DNA of 39,060 nucleotides from Candidatus Vogelbacteria bacterium (GCA_016215345.1 JACRKD010000025.1:1-39060); one strand, 5' to 3'. Shown: positions 25,082-35,962, counted from the first letter of the stretch. Program-made: numbers and translations. Notes: a model not told the origin generated them from the letters alone.

Positions 25082-27490
25082 CTATGGATTCCTGCCCGCT
25101 TTAATCTCGCTTATATAAAAATCTGTCTGCCCCTTAAGCGCTGGGTCCAGCAACCCAGCCACTTCTAATTCATCCACCGCCCTGCTCCTCTGCCCCATTG
25201 CCAAATAGGCGGCAGCGAGCGACACATGTAAATTCGCGTTCTTCGGATTTGCTAGCACACCTTTGTTCAAGATGGCGATAACCTTATCGTACATTCCTGC
25301 CCCGGAATAAGCACTTATAAGCTGGCCCCCCATCTCCTCTTCTGAGAAACCATGCTCCTTCAAAACACTCATGGCTTCTGCTTCCTTCTTGTTATAAACG
25401 GCCGCAATCGCAAAAATTTTTGCCGCCTCTCCAAATTTCGGCTCTTCAGTATACGCGAACTTGGCAACCTCGTAGGCCCTATCGTACTCCTTGGCATTAA
25501 TAAACGCACCCACCAACTGAAACATTATTGTCTGTTTCTTCGGGGAATACTTAAGAGCATCTGAAAGATATTTAATAGCGACGGTATTGAGTTCGTTACT
25601 TGGCTGTCCTTGTCCGTAAATGGAATAAAGGCCGCCGAGAAAAACAAGGTATCTTGAATCGGTCGGTGAGCTCTTAATCTGTTCTTTCATCTCGTCATCA
25701 GCTAGTTTCAAAAATTCATTTTTCACACTGTCATCAACGTTTGCGCTTCGAATTACAGACGCCCTTTGCACAAGCTGTTCTCTAGTCTCACTATTGCCAA
25801 AGGTGCCATATGATAGAGACTTTCTGAAATAATCCAAGCTGTCCGATAAAGTTATTGGCTTGCCCGTATAAGGATTTTGAGACGAGATAGCCAAAATTAA
25901 ATTCTTCGACTGTTGTATCGCCCTAACGTTCACGAAATAAACTGTCAAAACAAGACCGACAATGACCACCCCCGACAAGAGAGCGCGCTTTGTCTCAAAA
26001 TCAGGATCAATTCTGACTATCCGTTTTATCTTTTCAAACTCTTTCTTGCTGCCAAAGTGGAGATAGGAGAGAATGGTGAAAAACATCATATAGCTCATGA
26101 GGTTGTCGAAAACAAAAATGTTGTGCACAAAATAGGCAACCAAGAGGCCGGTAAAAACTGCCTTCTCCGATACTAAAAGTTTGAAATTACTATTGGTCTC
26201 AATCCATATAACATAAAGCGCCGCAAAAAATATCCCGAGGTATGAAAGAAGTCCGAGTATCCCGCCAGCGGTCAACCAGTCAAAGAAAACGTCATGGGCG
26301 CGATCGAACCATGGCTCCTGTTGGTACATCTCTGGTTTATAATATTTGTTGAAAATTAAATTAAAATTTTCTTGCCCCGAACCAAGTATCGGGTGTTCCA
26401 AGAATCCCCTAAGGGCCATGTTCCAGATCATAAATCTTGGCTGTTCGGAAATATTATCAAAGGAATTTGCTAGACGTCCCAACACTTTGTTATCCTGTAT
26501 AAAACTTGCCTTTCTTACCCCCATAAAACCGACTGTAACTGTGATCATCACTATAAGAAGTACCCCGGCATTCTTTCTCTGCCTTTCCGTACCATTATAA
26601 ATGATGACGCAGGCGGCCAAAACAGAACCCAAAATAAGTCCTATAACTGACCCCCTCGTGGCGGTATTAAAGAGTATCACGAAATATGAGATAGCCAAAA
26701 GAGTGTAAACGTGAGGTGTAAGCCTAACCCAGTTATTAACCTTTCTGCTGTTTATAAAATAGATTAAGCTAGAAATTATCAGCAATAAGATAACGCCGAG
26801 CGCTAGCGCGACAGGAGTAGACAATGAAAATTTCGCAATTGAATAAGCAATAAACCAGTAGAAGAAAGCGAGACTCATGGCCACAAAAAGCCAAACTGAA
26901 GCCTGTCTTTTTTCCTGTTTAGATCTGAAATGACAAAACACAGCCAAAAAGAAGAGGAAGATCATGTGCACGGCAAGGTACGCCGAATTTCCAAGCGTTG
27001 CGTCAAGCCTTACTCCACCCTGATTGATTGGCAACACGCCATTTAACTGAAGGGTGCCTATCGCGACAAGGAAAGCTCCGACACCGAGAATTACATCAAA
27101 ATATTTTGCCCATATTTTTTCTGTATTTAGAACCGACCCGGCAACGAAAAGATAAGCCAGTAGATGAAATTGTGTTACAAGACCCTCCATCCTCTCATAG
27201 TTCGACCAAAAACTTCTAAAAAAGTTAGCGCCAAATATATCCGCGAGAGTCATAACCGCGACAAAAACCATAACTAAATAGAGAACACGAGATTTTCTCG
27301 GGCGATAGGATTCGTCCCTTAAGATAAGAATCAACCATAACGCAAGAATAATTTCTACAATAATTCTAAAAGCAAAATTCTTCCCAGTTATGAACGGGAA
27401 GAACATGGAACTAGCGACGTACAAAACTATAAATGGGATAGCAAAGATGCCAGTCACAATTATGTTTCTTAAAACTTTATTCATTGTCAT
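25082..27490 (-). CDS. O-antigen ligase/polymerase-like (Wzy_C) polytopic membrane protein with a C-terminal TPR domain
   Basis: 802 aa with at least 12 TM segments. Has a Wzy_C-type loop (RGSVIGLILG...NMALRGFLEHPILGSGQENF...AHDVFFDWLTAGGILGLL). The C-terminal ~250 aa are TPR-like repeats. Only 10 nt upstream of the LTD-PKD gene. Confidence 0.85.
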   Translation of the reverse strand: MTMNKVLRNIIVTGIFAIPFIVLYVASSMFFPFITGKNFAFRIIVEIILALWLILILRDESYRPRKSRVLYLVMVFVAVMTLADIFGANFFRSFWSNYERMEGLVTQFHLLAYLFVAGSVLNTEKIWAKYFDVILGVGAFLVAIGTLQLNGVLPINQGGVRLDATLGNSAYLAVHMIFLFFLAVFCHFRSKQEKRQASVWLFVAMSLAFFYWFIAYSIAKFSLSTPVALALGVILLLIISSLIYFINSRKVNNWVRLTPHVYTLLAISYFVILFNTATRGSVIGLILGSVLAACVIIYNGTERQRKNAGVLLIVMITVTVGFMGVRKASFIQDNKVLGRLANSFDNISEQPRFMIWNMALRGFLEHPILGSGQENFNLIFNKYYKPEMYQQEPWFDRAHDVFFDWLTAGGILGLLSYLGIFFAALYVIWIETNSNFKLLVSEKAVFTGLLVAYFVHNIFVFDNLMSYMMFFTILSYLHFGSKKEFEKIKRIVRIDPDFETKRALLSGVVIVGLVLTVYFVNVRAIQQSKNLILAISSQNPYTGKPITLSDSLDYFRKSLSYGTFGNSETREQLVQRASVIRSANVDDSVKNEFLKLADDEMKEQIKSSPTDSRYLVFLGGLYSIYGQGQPSNELNTVAIKYLSDALKYSPKKQTIMFQLVGAFINAKEYDRAYEVAKFAYTEEPKFGEAAKIFAIAAVYNKKEAEAMSVLKEHGFSEEEMGGQLISAYSGAGMYDKVIAILNKGVLANPKNANLHVSLAAAYLAMGQRSRAVDELEVAGLLDPALKGQTDFYISEIKAGRNP

Positions 27491-27509
27491 TAAACGATAA
27501 TATACCAGG

Positions 27510-28928
27510 TTGAACTTATTCGCAATGAACTATATAATTTTACTTATGCAATTTATACGCAACCACAAATTTGAAATCGCAATTTTCCTTTTAGCCTTCG
27601 CCCTAAGATTCCTATACCTTGCCATAAGCTTAGACTATCGCGACGGAAATCTAATTAATACAATCGCTGGCGCCGATGGCTACTACTCTATCAGTCAGAA
27701 CATACTGGCCGGACACGGTTTCTCTTCGGCCGGCAACCCGCCATATGTTCTAAATTCCTACCGACCGCCGATGATGCCTTATTTTATAGCTTGGATGTAC
27801 ATGATCTTCGGCAGTTACTGGGCAGTCATAATCATCTACATGATTTTAAGCAGTTTGCTTGCCATCCTAGCCATAAGGATTTCTGAATTTTTAACTAAGA
27901 GTGAAGCCGTAAGCGCATTAGTCGGGATGTTCATAGCCATAGAACCTTACACGATTGTCTTCTCAACTATTTTTTATGGTGAAACCCTGTTTATGTTTTT
28001 CTTTTTCCTGTCCATCCTTTTCTTATTTAAATACCTCAAGGGGAATATGTTAAGTCGCCTATTACTCTCGGCATTTTTTCTTGGAACTGCGACCTTAACT
28101 AAACCGGTAGTCCAATACTTACCGATAATTGCCATGGCCATCATGATATGGAACATTAAAAAAAAATCCCTACCAAGCTACGTGCCAATAGCCTTATACG
28201 GACTTGTATTCCTAGTCACAATTTCTCCATGGGTATATAGAAATTACAAAGAATTCAATATCATTGGCATCAGTAGCCAAGCAAATGTCCAAATTTATGA
28301 GATGCTTGTACCATCCACTCTCGCCATAGAAAATGATACGAGTTGGGGCGAGGAATATCATAAATTATTAAATAGTGGAACCGGGGTCATAGACGTTAAT
28401 GCAAGCAACATAAAAGATACCGACGATTACTTAAAGAGAGCAATTCCAGTACTTTTAGCGCATCCCGCCGCGCTTATCGTTCTTTCCGCCAATACTGCCC
28501 TTAACTTTTTTATCCACGATGGTATGTACGATGTGCTACGCCGTATTGGACTGTCACCCAAGGTGTCACTTAGAAAACCAGCCCTATTTCTCTTACTTAC
28601 TTCGCCCAAAGAGATATTTTCAGAGATTATCGACAGAACAACCAAACCAGAAATATTAATATTGGTAGGAAGAGTACTATGGACGATTATAACTATTGCA
28701 TCCTTCGCGGGGGTGGCGCTATACATAAAAAAAGGTCTTACACCCTACGCGCTCGTGGCAATTCTTACCACCGGATATTTTATGCTGACAGCTCTCTCGA
28801 TAGGGCTAGCGGTCAATGCCAGATATCGCCTCCCTGTCAACCTTTTCATAATCTTCTTTGCTCTCTACGCATTATTGATATTTTGGAAACCTTCTGATAG
28901 CATTCGTAGTTACAAGATAAACCAATGA
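27510..28928 (+). CDS. GT-C fold glycosyltransferase (family 39 / ArnT-PMT-like)
   Basis: 472-aa track ORF from TTG 27510. ATG 27546 ([24 protein letters not shown]...) is a more likely start. Has a first-loop DxD-like region and at least 10 TM segments. Confidence 0.78.
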   Translation: MNLFAMNYIILLMQFIRNHKFEIAIFLLAFALRFLYLAISLDYRDGNLINTIAGADGYYSISQNILAGHGFSSAGNPPYVLNSYRPPMMPYFIAWMYMIFGSYWAVIIIYMILSSLLAILAIRISEFLTKSEAVSALVGMFIAIEPYTIVFSTIFYGETLFMFFFFLSILFLFKYLKGNMLSRLLLSAFFLGTATLTKPVVQYLPIIAMAIMIWNIKKKSLPSYVPIALYGLVFLVTISPWVYRNYKEFNIIGISSQANVQIYEMLVPSTLAIENDTSWGEEYHKLLNSGTGVIDVNASNIKDTDDYLKRAIPVLLAHPAALIVLSANTALNFFIHDGMYDVLRRIGLSPKVSLRKPALFLLLTSPKEIFSEIIDRTTKPEILILVGRVLWTIITIASFAGVALYIKKGLTPYALVAILTTGYFMLTALSIGLAVNARYRLPVNLFIIFFALYALLIFWKPSDSIRSYKINQ

Positions 28929-29965
28929 AAAAAGCTTTCGTAACAGGAATTACTGGGCAAGACGGCTCGTATCTAGCTGAACTATTGTTGGACAAAGGGT
29001 ACGAAGTGCACGGCGCCATACGTCGTTCAAGTACATTTAATACTTCAAGGATAGACCACCTCTATAAAAATTACCACGAAGACAAGGGGCGATTACACTT
29101 GCATTTCAGTGATCTAGCCGACGGAAGCAATTTGAATAGAATGCTAGAGACCATACAGCCGGAAGAAATTTATAACCTTGGCGCTCAAAGCCACGTAAGA
29201 GTCAGTTTTGATATGCCAGAGTATACGGGAGATATAACCGGCCTCGGTACGCTAAGAATTCTCGACGCCATTAAAGACACAAAAATAAATACAAAATTCT
29301 ACCAAGCATCTTCGAGCGAAATGTTCGGCAAGGCGGTCGAAATACCACTCAAAGAAACAACGCCGTTTTATCCGAGATCTCCGTACGGCGTAGCAAAGGT
29401 TTACGCATATTGGATCACACGAAACTATCGTGAGGCATACAACTTATTCGCCGTAAACGGAATACTTTTCAACCACGAGTCTCCCCGCAGAGGTGAAACA
29501 TTCGTAACAAAAAAGATCACGCGCGGCTTGGCCAGGATAAAGCTCGGCAAAGACTCCAAACTGTATCTTGGCAATCTGGACGCCAAACGGGATTGGGGAT
29601 ACGCCAAAGATTATGTATACGGAATGTGGCTAATGCTACAAGCTAAGAAGCCTGACGACTATATTTTGGCCACAAATGAATCGCATTCCGTCCGTGAGTT
29701 TGTGGAAGAGGTGGCGAAATTCCTCGACATACAAATTGTTTGGGAAGGCAAGGGAATAAAAGAAAGGGGTATAGATAAAAAAACGGGCAAGACGATAATA
29801 AAAATCGACCCAAGATACTTCAGGCCAGCCGAAGTAGACTTTCTTCTTGGTGACTACACAAAGGCAAAAAAAGAATTGGGGTGGGAACCATCTATCAAGT
29901 TTCATGAACTGGCCCGACTCATGGCCGAGGCAGATCTGGAAGCAGAACAGCATTCACAGCAGTAA
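28925..29965 (+). CDS. gmd: GDP-mannose 4,6-dehydratase
   Basis: 346 aa. [51 protein letters not shown] and [10 protein letters not shown] (catalytic YxxxK). Confidence 0.97.
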   Translation: MKKAFVTGITGQDGSYLAELLLDKGYEVHGAIRRSSTFNTSRIDHLYKNYHEDKGRLHLHFSDLADGSNLNRMLETIQPEEIYNLGAQSHVRVSFDMPEYTGDITGLGTLRILDAIKDTKINTKFYQASSSEMFGKAVEIPLKETTPFYPRSPYGVAKVYAYWITRNYREAYNLFAVNGILFNHESPRRGETFVTKKITRGLARIKLGKDSKLYLGNLDAKRDWGYAKDYVYGMWLMLQAKKPDDYILATNESHSVREFVEEVAKFLDIQIVWEGKGIKERGIDKKTGKTIIKIDPRYFRPAEVDFLLGDYTKAKKELGWEPSIKFHELARLMAEADLEAEQHSQQ

Positions 29966-29974
29966 AGACAGGCT

Positions 29975-30925
29975 ATGGATAAAAAAACAAAAATTTATGT
30001 AGCCGGACACAAAGGACTCGTGGGTTCAGCGATTGTCCGCAGTCTAAAAAAGAAAGGGTACAAAAATCTCATCCTGAAAACAAGAAAGGAGTTAGACCTC
30101 TTAGACGGTGTTAAAACTGCCGCCTTTTTCAAAAAAGAAAAACCGGAATATGTGATCCTGGCAGCCGCTAGAGTCGGCGGAATAATGGCGAACAATACTT
30201 ACCCGGCCAACTTTATATATGAAAATCTTACTATTCAAAACAATGTAATCAACAACTCCTACCTAAACGGCGTAAAAAGACTTCTCTTTCTAGGTAGCTC
30301 ATGTATCTACCCCCGAATGGCTCCTCAACCCATAAAAGAAGAGTACCTACTTACCGGGGAACTGGAACCGACAAACAAGGCATATGCAGTAGCAAAAATC
30401 GCTGGAATAATTACCTGCGAATCGTACAACAAACAGTATGGAACAAATTTTATCTCCGTGATGCCAACCAACTTATATGGACCGAATGATAATTTCGACC
30501 TAGAAAATTCCCACGTCCTTCCTGCCATGATCAGAAAATTTGACGAGGCGAAAAATACCAACGCAAAAGGAATAACACTCTGGGGTACCGGGAAAGCTAG
30601 GAGAGAATTCTTGCACGTAGACGATCTCGCCGATGCCTGCGTATTCCTCTTGGGCATATACAACGGCTTAGAAATTGTAAACATCGGCACGGGAGAAGAC
30701 CTAGCGATAAAGACCCTGGCAGAAACAATAAAGAAAATTGTCGGATTCAATGGTAGAATAGTTTGGGATAAGACGAAGCCTGACGGAACACCGAGAAAAC
30801 TACTTAACATAAATAAATTGCACAAACTTGGATGGCGTCACAAAATCGATTTGGAGGACGGACTAAAATCCACCTATAACTGGTACAAAAAAAATTATGC
30901 AAAAAGTAACAATAGTAAGGCCTAA
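29975..30925 (+). CDS. fcl: GDP-L-fucose synthase (GDP-4-keto-6-deoxymannose 3,5-epimerase/4-reductase)
   Basis: 316 aa. KIYVAGHKGLVGSAI, YVILAAARVGGIMANNTYPANFIYENL, GSSCIYP and YAVAKIAG. Confidence 0.96.
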   Translation: MDKKTKIYVAGHKGLVGSAIVRSLKKKGYKNLILKTRKELDLLDGVKTAAFFKKEKPEYVILAAARVGGIMANNTYPANFIYENLTIQNNVINNSYLNGVKRLLFLGSSCIYPRMAPQPIKEEYLLTGELEPTNKAYAVAKIAGIITCESYNKQYGTNFISVMPTNLYGPNDNFDLENSHVLPAMIRKFDEAKNTNAKGITLWGTGKARREFLHVDDLADACVFLLGIYNGLEIVNIGTGEDLAIKTLAETIKKIVGFNGRIVWDKTKPDGTPRKLLNINKLHKLGWRHKIDLEDGLKSTYNWYKKNYAKSNNSKA

Positions 30926-31718
30926 AAAAACCTTCAGTTGGGACGATCTTAAGGAGGTGTGGCTATACAAAGAGTTGCTATTTTTTTTCGTTTGGAGGGA
31001 TTTCAAGGTTAAATACAAGCAGACGATCATAGGAATCGCATGGGCGATAATACAACCGTTCACCACCATGGTCGTATTCAGTGTTATTTTCGGAAAGTTG
31101 GCCCAAATTCCATCAGACGGCGTGCCATATCCAATTTTCGTTTACACTGGTCTGCTTTTTTGGCAGATGTTTTCCGGGGCGCTCGGGTCCGTCAGTAGCA
31201 CATTTATAAGTAACTCATCAATTATAACAAAGGTCTACTTCCCGAGAATAATACTCCCAATAGCCGATAGCGCAAATCAAGTAGTAGATTTCTTCTTTGC
31301 TTCGATCGTCTTACTATTCCTAATGTTTTATTATGGTTATTTCCCACACCTGGAAGGGGTGCTCATTCTTCCAATATTGATACTCTTAACATTAATGACC
31401 GCTATAGGAGGAGGGCTGGTTCTGGCGTCTATGAACGTAAAATACAGAGACGTCAGATACGCTTTGCCGTTTGTAATGCAGATGCTTATTTTTATCACGC
31501 CGGTTATCTATCCCCCCAGCATAGCTGGAAAATACTCTTGGATACTGGCCATAAATCCCATGACCGGAGTCATAAAAGCCGCGAGGGGGTCCCTTTTAGG
31601 AACCGAACCAGTCAATTGGCTCCTGCTCGGAATCTCCTTCATCGCGGTTTCAGTAGTCATGGTGATAGGTATAGTGTTCTTCAGAAATACAGAGAGATAC
31701 TTCGCGGATATAGTGTAA
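30897..31718 (+). CDS. wzm: ABC-2 type polysaccharide/teichoic-acid export permease (Wzm/TagG-like)
   Basis: 273 aa. LKEVWLYKELLFFFVWRDFKVKYKQTIIGIAWAIIQP is the family N-terminal signature. 6 TM segments. 29-nt overlap with fcl. Confidence 0.9.
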   Translation: MQKVTIVRPKKTFSWDDLKEVWLYKELLFFFVWRDFKVKYKQTIIGIAWAIIQPFTTMVVFSVIFGKLAQIPSDGVPYPIFVYTGLLFWQMFSGALGSVSSTFISNSSIITKVYFPRIILPIADSANQVVDFFFASIVLLFLMFYYGYFPHLEGVLILPILILLTLMTAIGGGLVLASMNVKYRDVRYALPFVMQMLIFITPVIYPPSIAGKYSWILAINPMTGVIKAARGSLLGTEPVNWLLLGISFIAVSVVMVIGIVFFRNTERYFADIV

Positions 31719-31727
31719 AAATAAAAA

Positions 31728-33011
31728 ATGGCAAGTCCTATAATTGAAGTAAAAAATGTATCTAAAAGTTATCGGATCACCCACGCAAAAGGCCGTTATA
31801 CCGCCCTCCGAGATATTTTAAGTTTCGTAATTAAACATCCAATCAAGACACTGCTACATAGGGCCAATAGGATATTGGGACGAACAACAAAAGAAGTTTT
31901 CTGGGCTTTGAAAGATGTGAATTTCACTATAAACAAAGGGGAAGTTGTCGGAGTGATAGGAAGAAACGGCGCCGGAAAATCCACCCTTCTAAAAATTCTA
32001 ACAAAAATAACCCCCCCGACTGAAGGAGAAATTAGAATGACTGGCAAAGTTGCTTCGCTCCTGGAAGTGGGGACCGGCTTCCATCCTGAATTGACTGGCA
32101 GAGAAAACATATTTTTGAACGGAGCGATACTGGGAATGACGAGAAGGGAGATCGCCGATAAATTTGATAGCATCGTCGAGTTTTCTGGAATCGGACAATT
32201 TATAGATACACCAGTAAAAAGGTACTCCAGCGGTATGTATGTACGACTCGCCTTCTCCGTTGCCGCGCACCTTGAACCTGATATTCTTTTGATAGATGAG
32301 GTTCTTGCAGTTGGTGACGCGGAGTTTCAAAGAAAATGCTTGGGCAAGATGGAAGAAGTTACCAACAAAGACGGCAGAACAATTCTCTTTGTAAGCCACA
32401 ACATGAGCGCCATCCAAAAGATCTGCAGTAAATGTATATTGTTGGAAAAGGGCAGAGTTACTATCTTTGGAGAGACAAAGCAGGCCATAGAACAGTATCT
32501 AAAAGATCAATACAATGAAAAAGACAGGGGGTCGAATTTGAACCTTCCTCTGACGATAAAAAATGTTACTCTTAATGAATTTATAGTCACCCAAAATAAC
32601 ATAAAAACCGAACATTTAGACTGTGACAAGTCCTTTAATATCGAGATTCAATTTGAGACCACAGAAAAACTAACACAGTTCAGGGCTGGAATCTACATCA
32701 GAGACAGTATGGGAGACATATTATTTCGCTCGTTAATATCCGACTGGCACCCTGAATTGGAAGAACTTGAAAGAGGTAAGTATAAATCCGTCCTTCAGTT
32801 TCCGGAGAAACTGCTCCGGCCAGGAAATTATTTTATAAGTCTCCACATTAGCAGATATGGCATTATAAACTACCTCGCCAGACAAACTATCGAGAGAATC
32901 GTCACCGTCGTCCCATCAGCGCATTATAATCAGGCCCACCCAACAGAAAAACCAGATTCCTTGCTTATGCTCAAAAACGAATGGTCGCTTATACGCGACG
33001 TCACTGAATAA
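31728..33011 (+). CDS. wzt: ABC polysaccharide export ATP-binding protein (Wzt/TagH-like) with a ~180-aa C-terminal beta-sandwich (Wzt_C-like) extension
   Basis: 427 aa. Walker A GRNGAGKST, signature YSSGMYVRLAF, Walker B ILLIDE. The extended C-terminus runs from about residue 250. Confidence 0.92.
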   Translation: MASPIIEVKNVSKSYRITHAKGRYTALRDILSFVIKHPIKTLLHRANRILGRTTKEVFWALKDVNFTINKGEVVGVIGRNGAGKSTLLKILTKITPPTEGEIRMTGKVASLLEVGTGFHPELTGRENIFLNGAILGMTRREIADKFDSIVEFSGIGQFIDTPVKRYSSGMYVRLAFSVAAHLEPDILLIDEVLAVGDAEFQRKCLGKMEEVTNKDGRTILFVSHNMSAIQKICSKCILLEKGRVTIFGETKQAIEQYLKDQYNEKDRGSNLNLPLTIKNVTLNEFIVTQNNIKTEHLDCDKSFNIEIQFETTEKLTQFRAGIYIRDSMGDILFRSLISDWHPELEELERGKYKSVLQFPEKLLRPGNYFISLHISRYGIINYLARQTIERIVTVVPSAHYNQAHPTEKPDSLLMLKNEWSLIRDVTE

Positions 33012-34109
33012 ATGAAAAGGGTCTTGCTACAAGCTGGAACACCAGTGTTCGCCAATAATGGAATATTCAGACTGGGACTTAATGATATGTCACAACACTG
33101 GCGAGCGCTCAAACGTCGTCTCAACGATCTGGACTATGACCTTGCGACAGCCGATGACAACTCTCTAGAAAACTGTGAGTGGATAATATTCCAAGACTCG
33201 GCCAGTGTGGACGGCTTGGAGAATACCATGGGCGGCCTAAGAACGTTCATCAAAAAAATATTAAAGATGGAACCTCCAAAAACATGGCCAGTCCGTCCAC
33301 TATACAGTGAAGCAGTGAAGAAAAATATACTCGATAAACTAGTGCTAACTCTCTGGGAAAATAAGGTGGCCAGCCCAGGAAATTATGACAAAAGGGTTTG
33401 GGATAAGTTTAAATATATATTAACGTGGGACGACGACTTGGTTGACAACAAAAAATTTTTTAAAATATTCCAACCGACCCCCATACGCCCAACGATTACC
33501 GAGCGTCTAGCATTTGAACAAAAAAAACTACTGGTTAATATCTCGTCAAACAGATATAGTCATACCTCGGATGAACTATACTCTGCAAGGAGAAAAACTA
33601 TTGCCTACTTTAACTCACACCATCCAAAAGATTTTGATTTATTTGGTGGAAGATGGGGAGTTCCGGTAACTAGATTGCAACAATACCTTCCGTGGACCGT
33701 AAAACAATTTGCCTGTTTCAGGGGAATTACTCCTGACAAAATAAAAACCGCATCGAAATATAAATTTGCCCTCTGCTATGAAAACACAACAAACGTACGT
33801 GGCTATATATCGGAAAAAATTTTCGATATAATACAATCGGAGTGTGTCCCGATTTACTGGGGCGCAGATAACGTAGACGAATACATAGACCCCAACGCTT
33901 TTGTAGATAAAAGACGATTTAAAAACGACACGGAACTGGCAAAATATTTATTCAGCGTCACAAAGGAAGATCACAATAAAATGATTCTAGCTGGCCGTAG
34001 ATATTTGCGAGGCGAGAAATTTAAACAATTCACTCCAGAGAGTTTTTGCGATCGTATAATAAGCCTACTGAAAATCGCTCAAACTAAGCCAGAAAAAGTG
34101 TGGGCATGA
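33012..34109 (+). CDS. GT10-family alpha-(1,3/4)-fucosyltransferase-like glycosyltransferase
   Basis: 365 aa. KYKFALCYENTTNVRGYISEKIFDIIQSECVPIYWGADNVDEYIDPNAFVDKRRF parallels the Helicobacter FutA block YKFNLCFENSxxxGYVTEKIxDAxxxxTIPIYWG...F. Confidence 0.85.
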   Translation: MKRVLLQAGTPVFANNGIFRLGLNDMSQHWRALKRRLNDLDYDLATADDNSLENCEWIIFQDSASVDGLENTMGGLRTFIKKILKMEPPKTWPVRPLYSEAVKKNILDKLVLTLWENKVASPGNYDKRVWDKFKYILTWDDDLVDNKKFFKIFQPTPIRPTITERLAFEQKKLLVNISSNRYSHTSDELYSARRKTIAYFNSHHPKDFDLFGGRWGVPVTRLQQYLPWTVKQFACFRGITPDKIKTASKYKFALCYENTTNVRGYISEKIFDIIQSECVPIYWGADNVDEYIDPNAFVDKRRFKNDTELAKYLFSVTKEDHNKMILAGRRYLRGEKFKQFTPESFCDRIISLLKIAQTKPEKVWA

Positions 34110-34163
34110 CACCTTTTAGAAACCATTGAGTTATATAACAATCATAAAAGAACAGAACCCATA

Positions 34164-34889
34164 ATGAATGCAGGCAACGTAGAACCAAGAATTCTAGGCA
34201 TAATCCCGGCACGAGGAGGAAGCAAGAGACTGCCTAGGAAAAACATCCTGCCTCTAAATGGCAAACCATTGATAGTGTACGCCATAGAGTCGGCCATTAA
34301 GGCTTTACTTCTTGATCGAGTAATAGTCTCGACCGACGATCCAGAGATAGCCAACGTATCAAAACAGCATGGCGCTGATGTCCCTTTTCTAAGGCCGAAA
34401 GAACTCGCCGAGGATACAACCGGAGACAGTCCAGTTTTTAAACATGCTGTAAAGTTTCTTGAGGACCAAGGGGAAAGATTTGACTACATATTAAATCTCC
34501 GCCCAACATCACCATTCCGAGAGAGTGCTGACATTGATAATATTATTGGGGTGGCAAAAGACGGAAAATTTAATTTGGTTAGAAGCGTTACTCTGGCAGA
34601 AGGTGTCGCTCATCCATATTGGATGTATAAAATTGGAGGCAAGGATACACTAGAGCCTATCTATCCAACCCACAGTGTTGCGCAATATTATCAGGGACAA
34701 CTTTTACCAAAAACATTCTTCCAGTTAAACGGGGTTGTCGATATATTGAGCAGGGACCAGGTTATGAGTGCGCCCAGCATGTACATGAGCGACCGTATGG
34801 GATATATTGAAATTCCAAGACACCGAGCCGTAGACATCGACGACAAAACAGATTTTGAAATCGCCGAGGTGCTTATGAGAAACCAATAA
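34164..34889 (+). CDS. Acylneuraminate (nonulosonate) cytidylyltransferase, NeuA/LegF/PseF-like
   Basis: 241 aa. LGIIPARGGSKRLPRKNILPLNGKPLIVYAIESA and RPTSPFR. Confidence 0.92.
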   Translation: MNAGNVEPRILGIIPARGGSKRLPRKNILPLNGKPLIVYAIESAIKALLLDRVIVSTDDPEIANVSKQHGADVPFLRPKELAEDTTGDSPVFKHAVKFLEDQGERFDYILNLRPTSPFRESADIDNIIGVAKDGKFNLVRSVTLAEGVAHPYWMYKIGGKDTLEPIYPTHSVAQYYQGQLLPKTFFQLNGVVDILSRDQVMSAPSMYMSDRMGYIEIPRHRAVDIDDKTDFEIAEVLMRNQ

Positions 34890-34891
34890 AT

Positions 34892-35959
34892 ATGTTTGCC
34901 AAGACAATAAAAATCGAGGGACATACCATCGGGGGTAAAAGCCTCGTTTTTATAATTGCTGAAGCTGGGGTCAATCACAATGGAGACCTCAATCTCGCTA
35001 AAAAACTTGTTGATGAAGCAAAACTGATAGGAGCAAGCGCAATCAAATTTCAATCATTTACGGCCGATAGACTAGTATCGAAAGGTACCCCAAAAGTGAC
35101 TCACCACGTGGACAACAAGAACCCTGACGAATCCCACTACGACATGATAAAAAAGCTTGAACTTTCCGAAGAGTACCAAAAGCAAATTTTTGAATATTGC
35201 GCGGACAAAAAAATAACCTTCCTGTCAACACCCTATGGCGTAGAAAGCGCGAGGTTCCTGAATAAACTAGGAGTAACGGCATTCAAAACAGCATCCGCAG
35301 ATATAGTGGATATTCCCCTCCATGAATTTATCGCTTCAACTAAAAAACCAGCCATAATAGCTACGGGGATGGCGACGTACAAAGAGATCAACGATGTATT
35401 AAGAATCTACAAGAGACACAACAACAATAAAGTTATTCTGCTTCACTGCGTCTCTAGCTACCCTGCCAATAAAGCTGGACTAAATTTAAGAGCCATGCTT
35501 GAACTCCAAAAAAAATTCGGGACAGTCATCGGATACTCGGATCATTCCATCGGCAATACTGCGGCAATCGCATCGACTGCGCTCGGAGCCAAAGTAATTG
35601 AAAAACATTTCACCATTGACAAAAACCTGCCAGGGCCAGACCAAAAAACCTCTGAATCGCCGAGCGAATTCCGTTCGTTAATCGAGTCAATACACAACAC
35701 GGAGCTAGTCTTGGGAAACAAAAAAAGGGGGCTGCAGCCAGAAGAGATAAGTATGTACAAGTTTTCACGCAAATCTTTAATCGCAGCAGAAAATATTCCT
35801 GAAGGAACGAAGATTAAAAAAGAAATGCTAACGTTGAAAAGACCAGGAACCGGTATTCTCTATTCAAAAATACATACTATCATAGGAAGGATCGCAAAAA
35901 AGAACATAACAAGAGATAGTCTCATAACATATAAACATTTAGCGGAATATCAAAAATAA
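34892..35959 (+). CDS. N-acetylneuraminate/nonulosonate synthase (NeuB/LegI/PseI-like) with a C-terminal SAF domain
   Basis: 355 aa. FIIAEAGVNHNGDLNLAKKLVDEAKLIGASAIKFQ, STPY, GYSDHS, EKHFT and a C-terminal SAF-like segment. Confidence 0.93.
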   Translation: MFAKTIKIEGHTIGGKSLVFIIAEAGVNHNGDLNLAKKLVDEAKLIGASAIKFQSFTADRLVSKGTPKVTHHVDNKNPDESHYDMIKKLELSEEYQKQIFEYCADKKITFLSTPYGVESARFLNKLGVTAFKTASADIVDIPLHEFIASTKKPAIIATGMATYKEINDVLRIYKRHNNNKVILLHCVSSYPANKAGLNLRAMLELQKKFGTVIGYSDHSIGNTAAIASTALGAKVIEKHFTIDKNLPGPDQKTSESPSEFRSLIESIHNTELVLGNKKRGLQPEEISMYKFSRKSLIAAENIPEGTKIKKEMLTLKRPGTGILYSKIHTIIGRIAKKNITRDSLITYKHLAEYQK

Positions 35960-35962
35960 TTC

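Noticed and set aside
28159-28167. Other homopolymer tracts within genes (A9 at 28159-28167 in the GT-C gene; C7 at 32011-32017 in wzt) as phase-variation switches
   Set aside because: Both are in frame with intact, motif-complete proteins on either side. There is no evidence of switching from this single sequence, so they are only noted.
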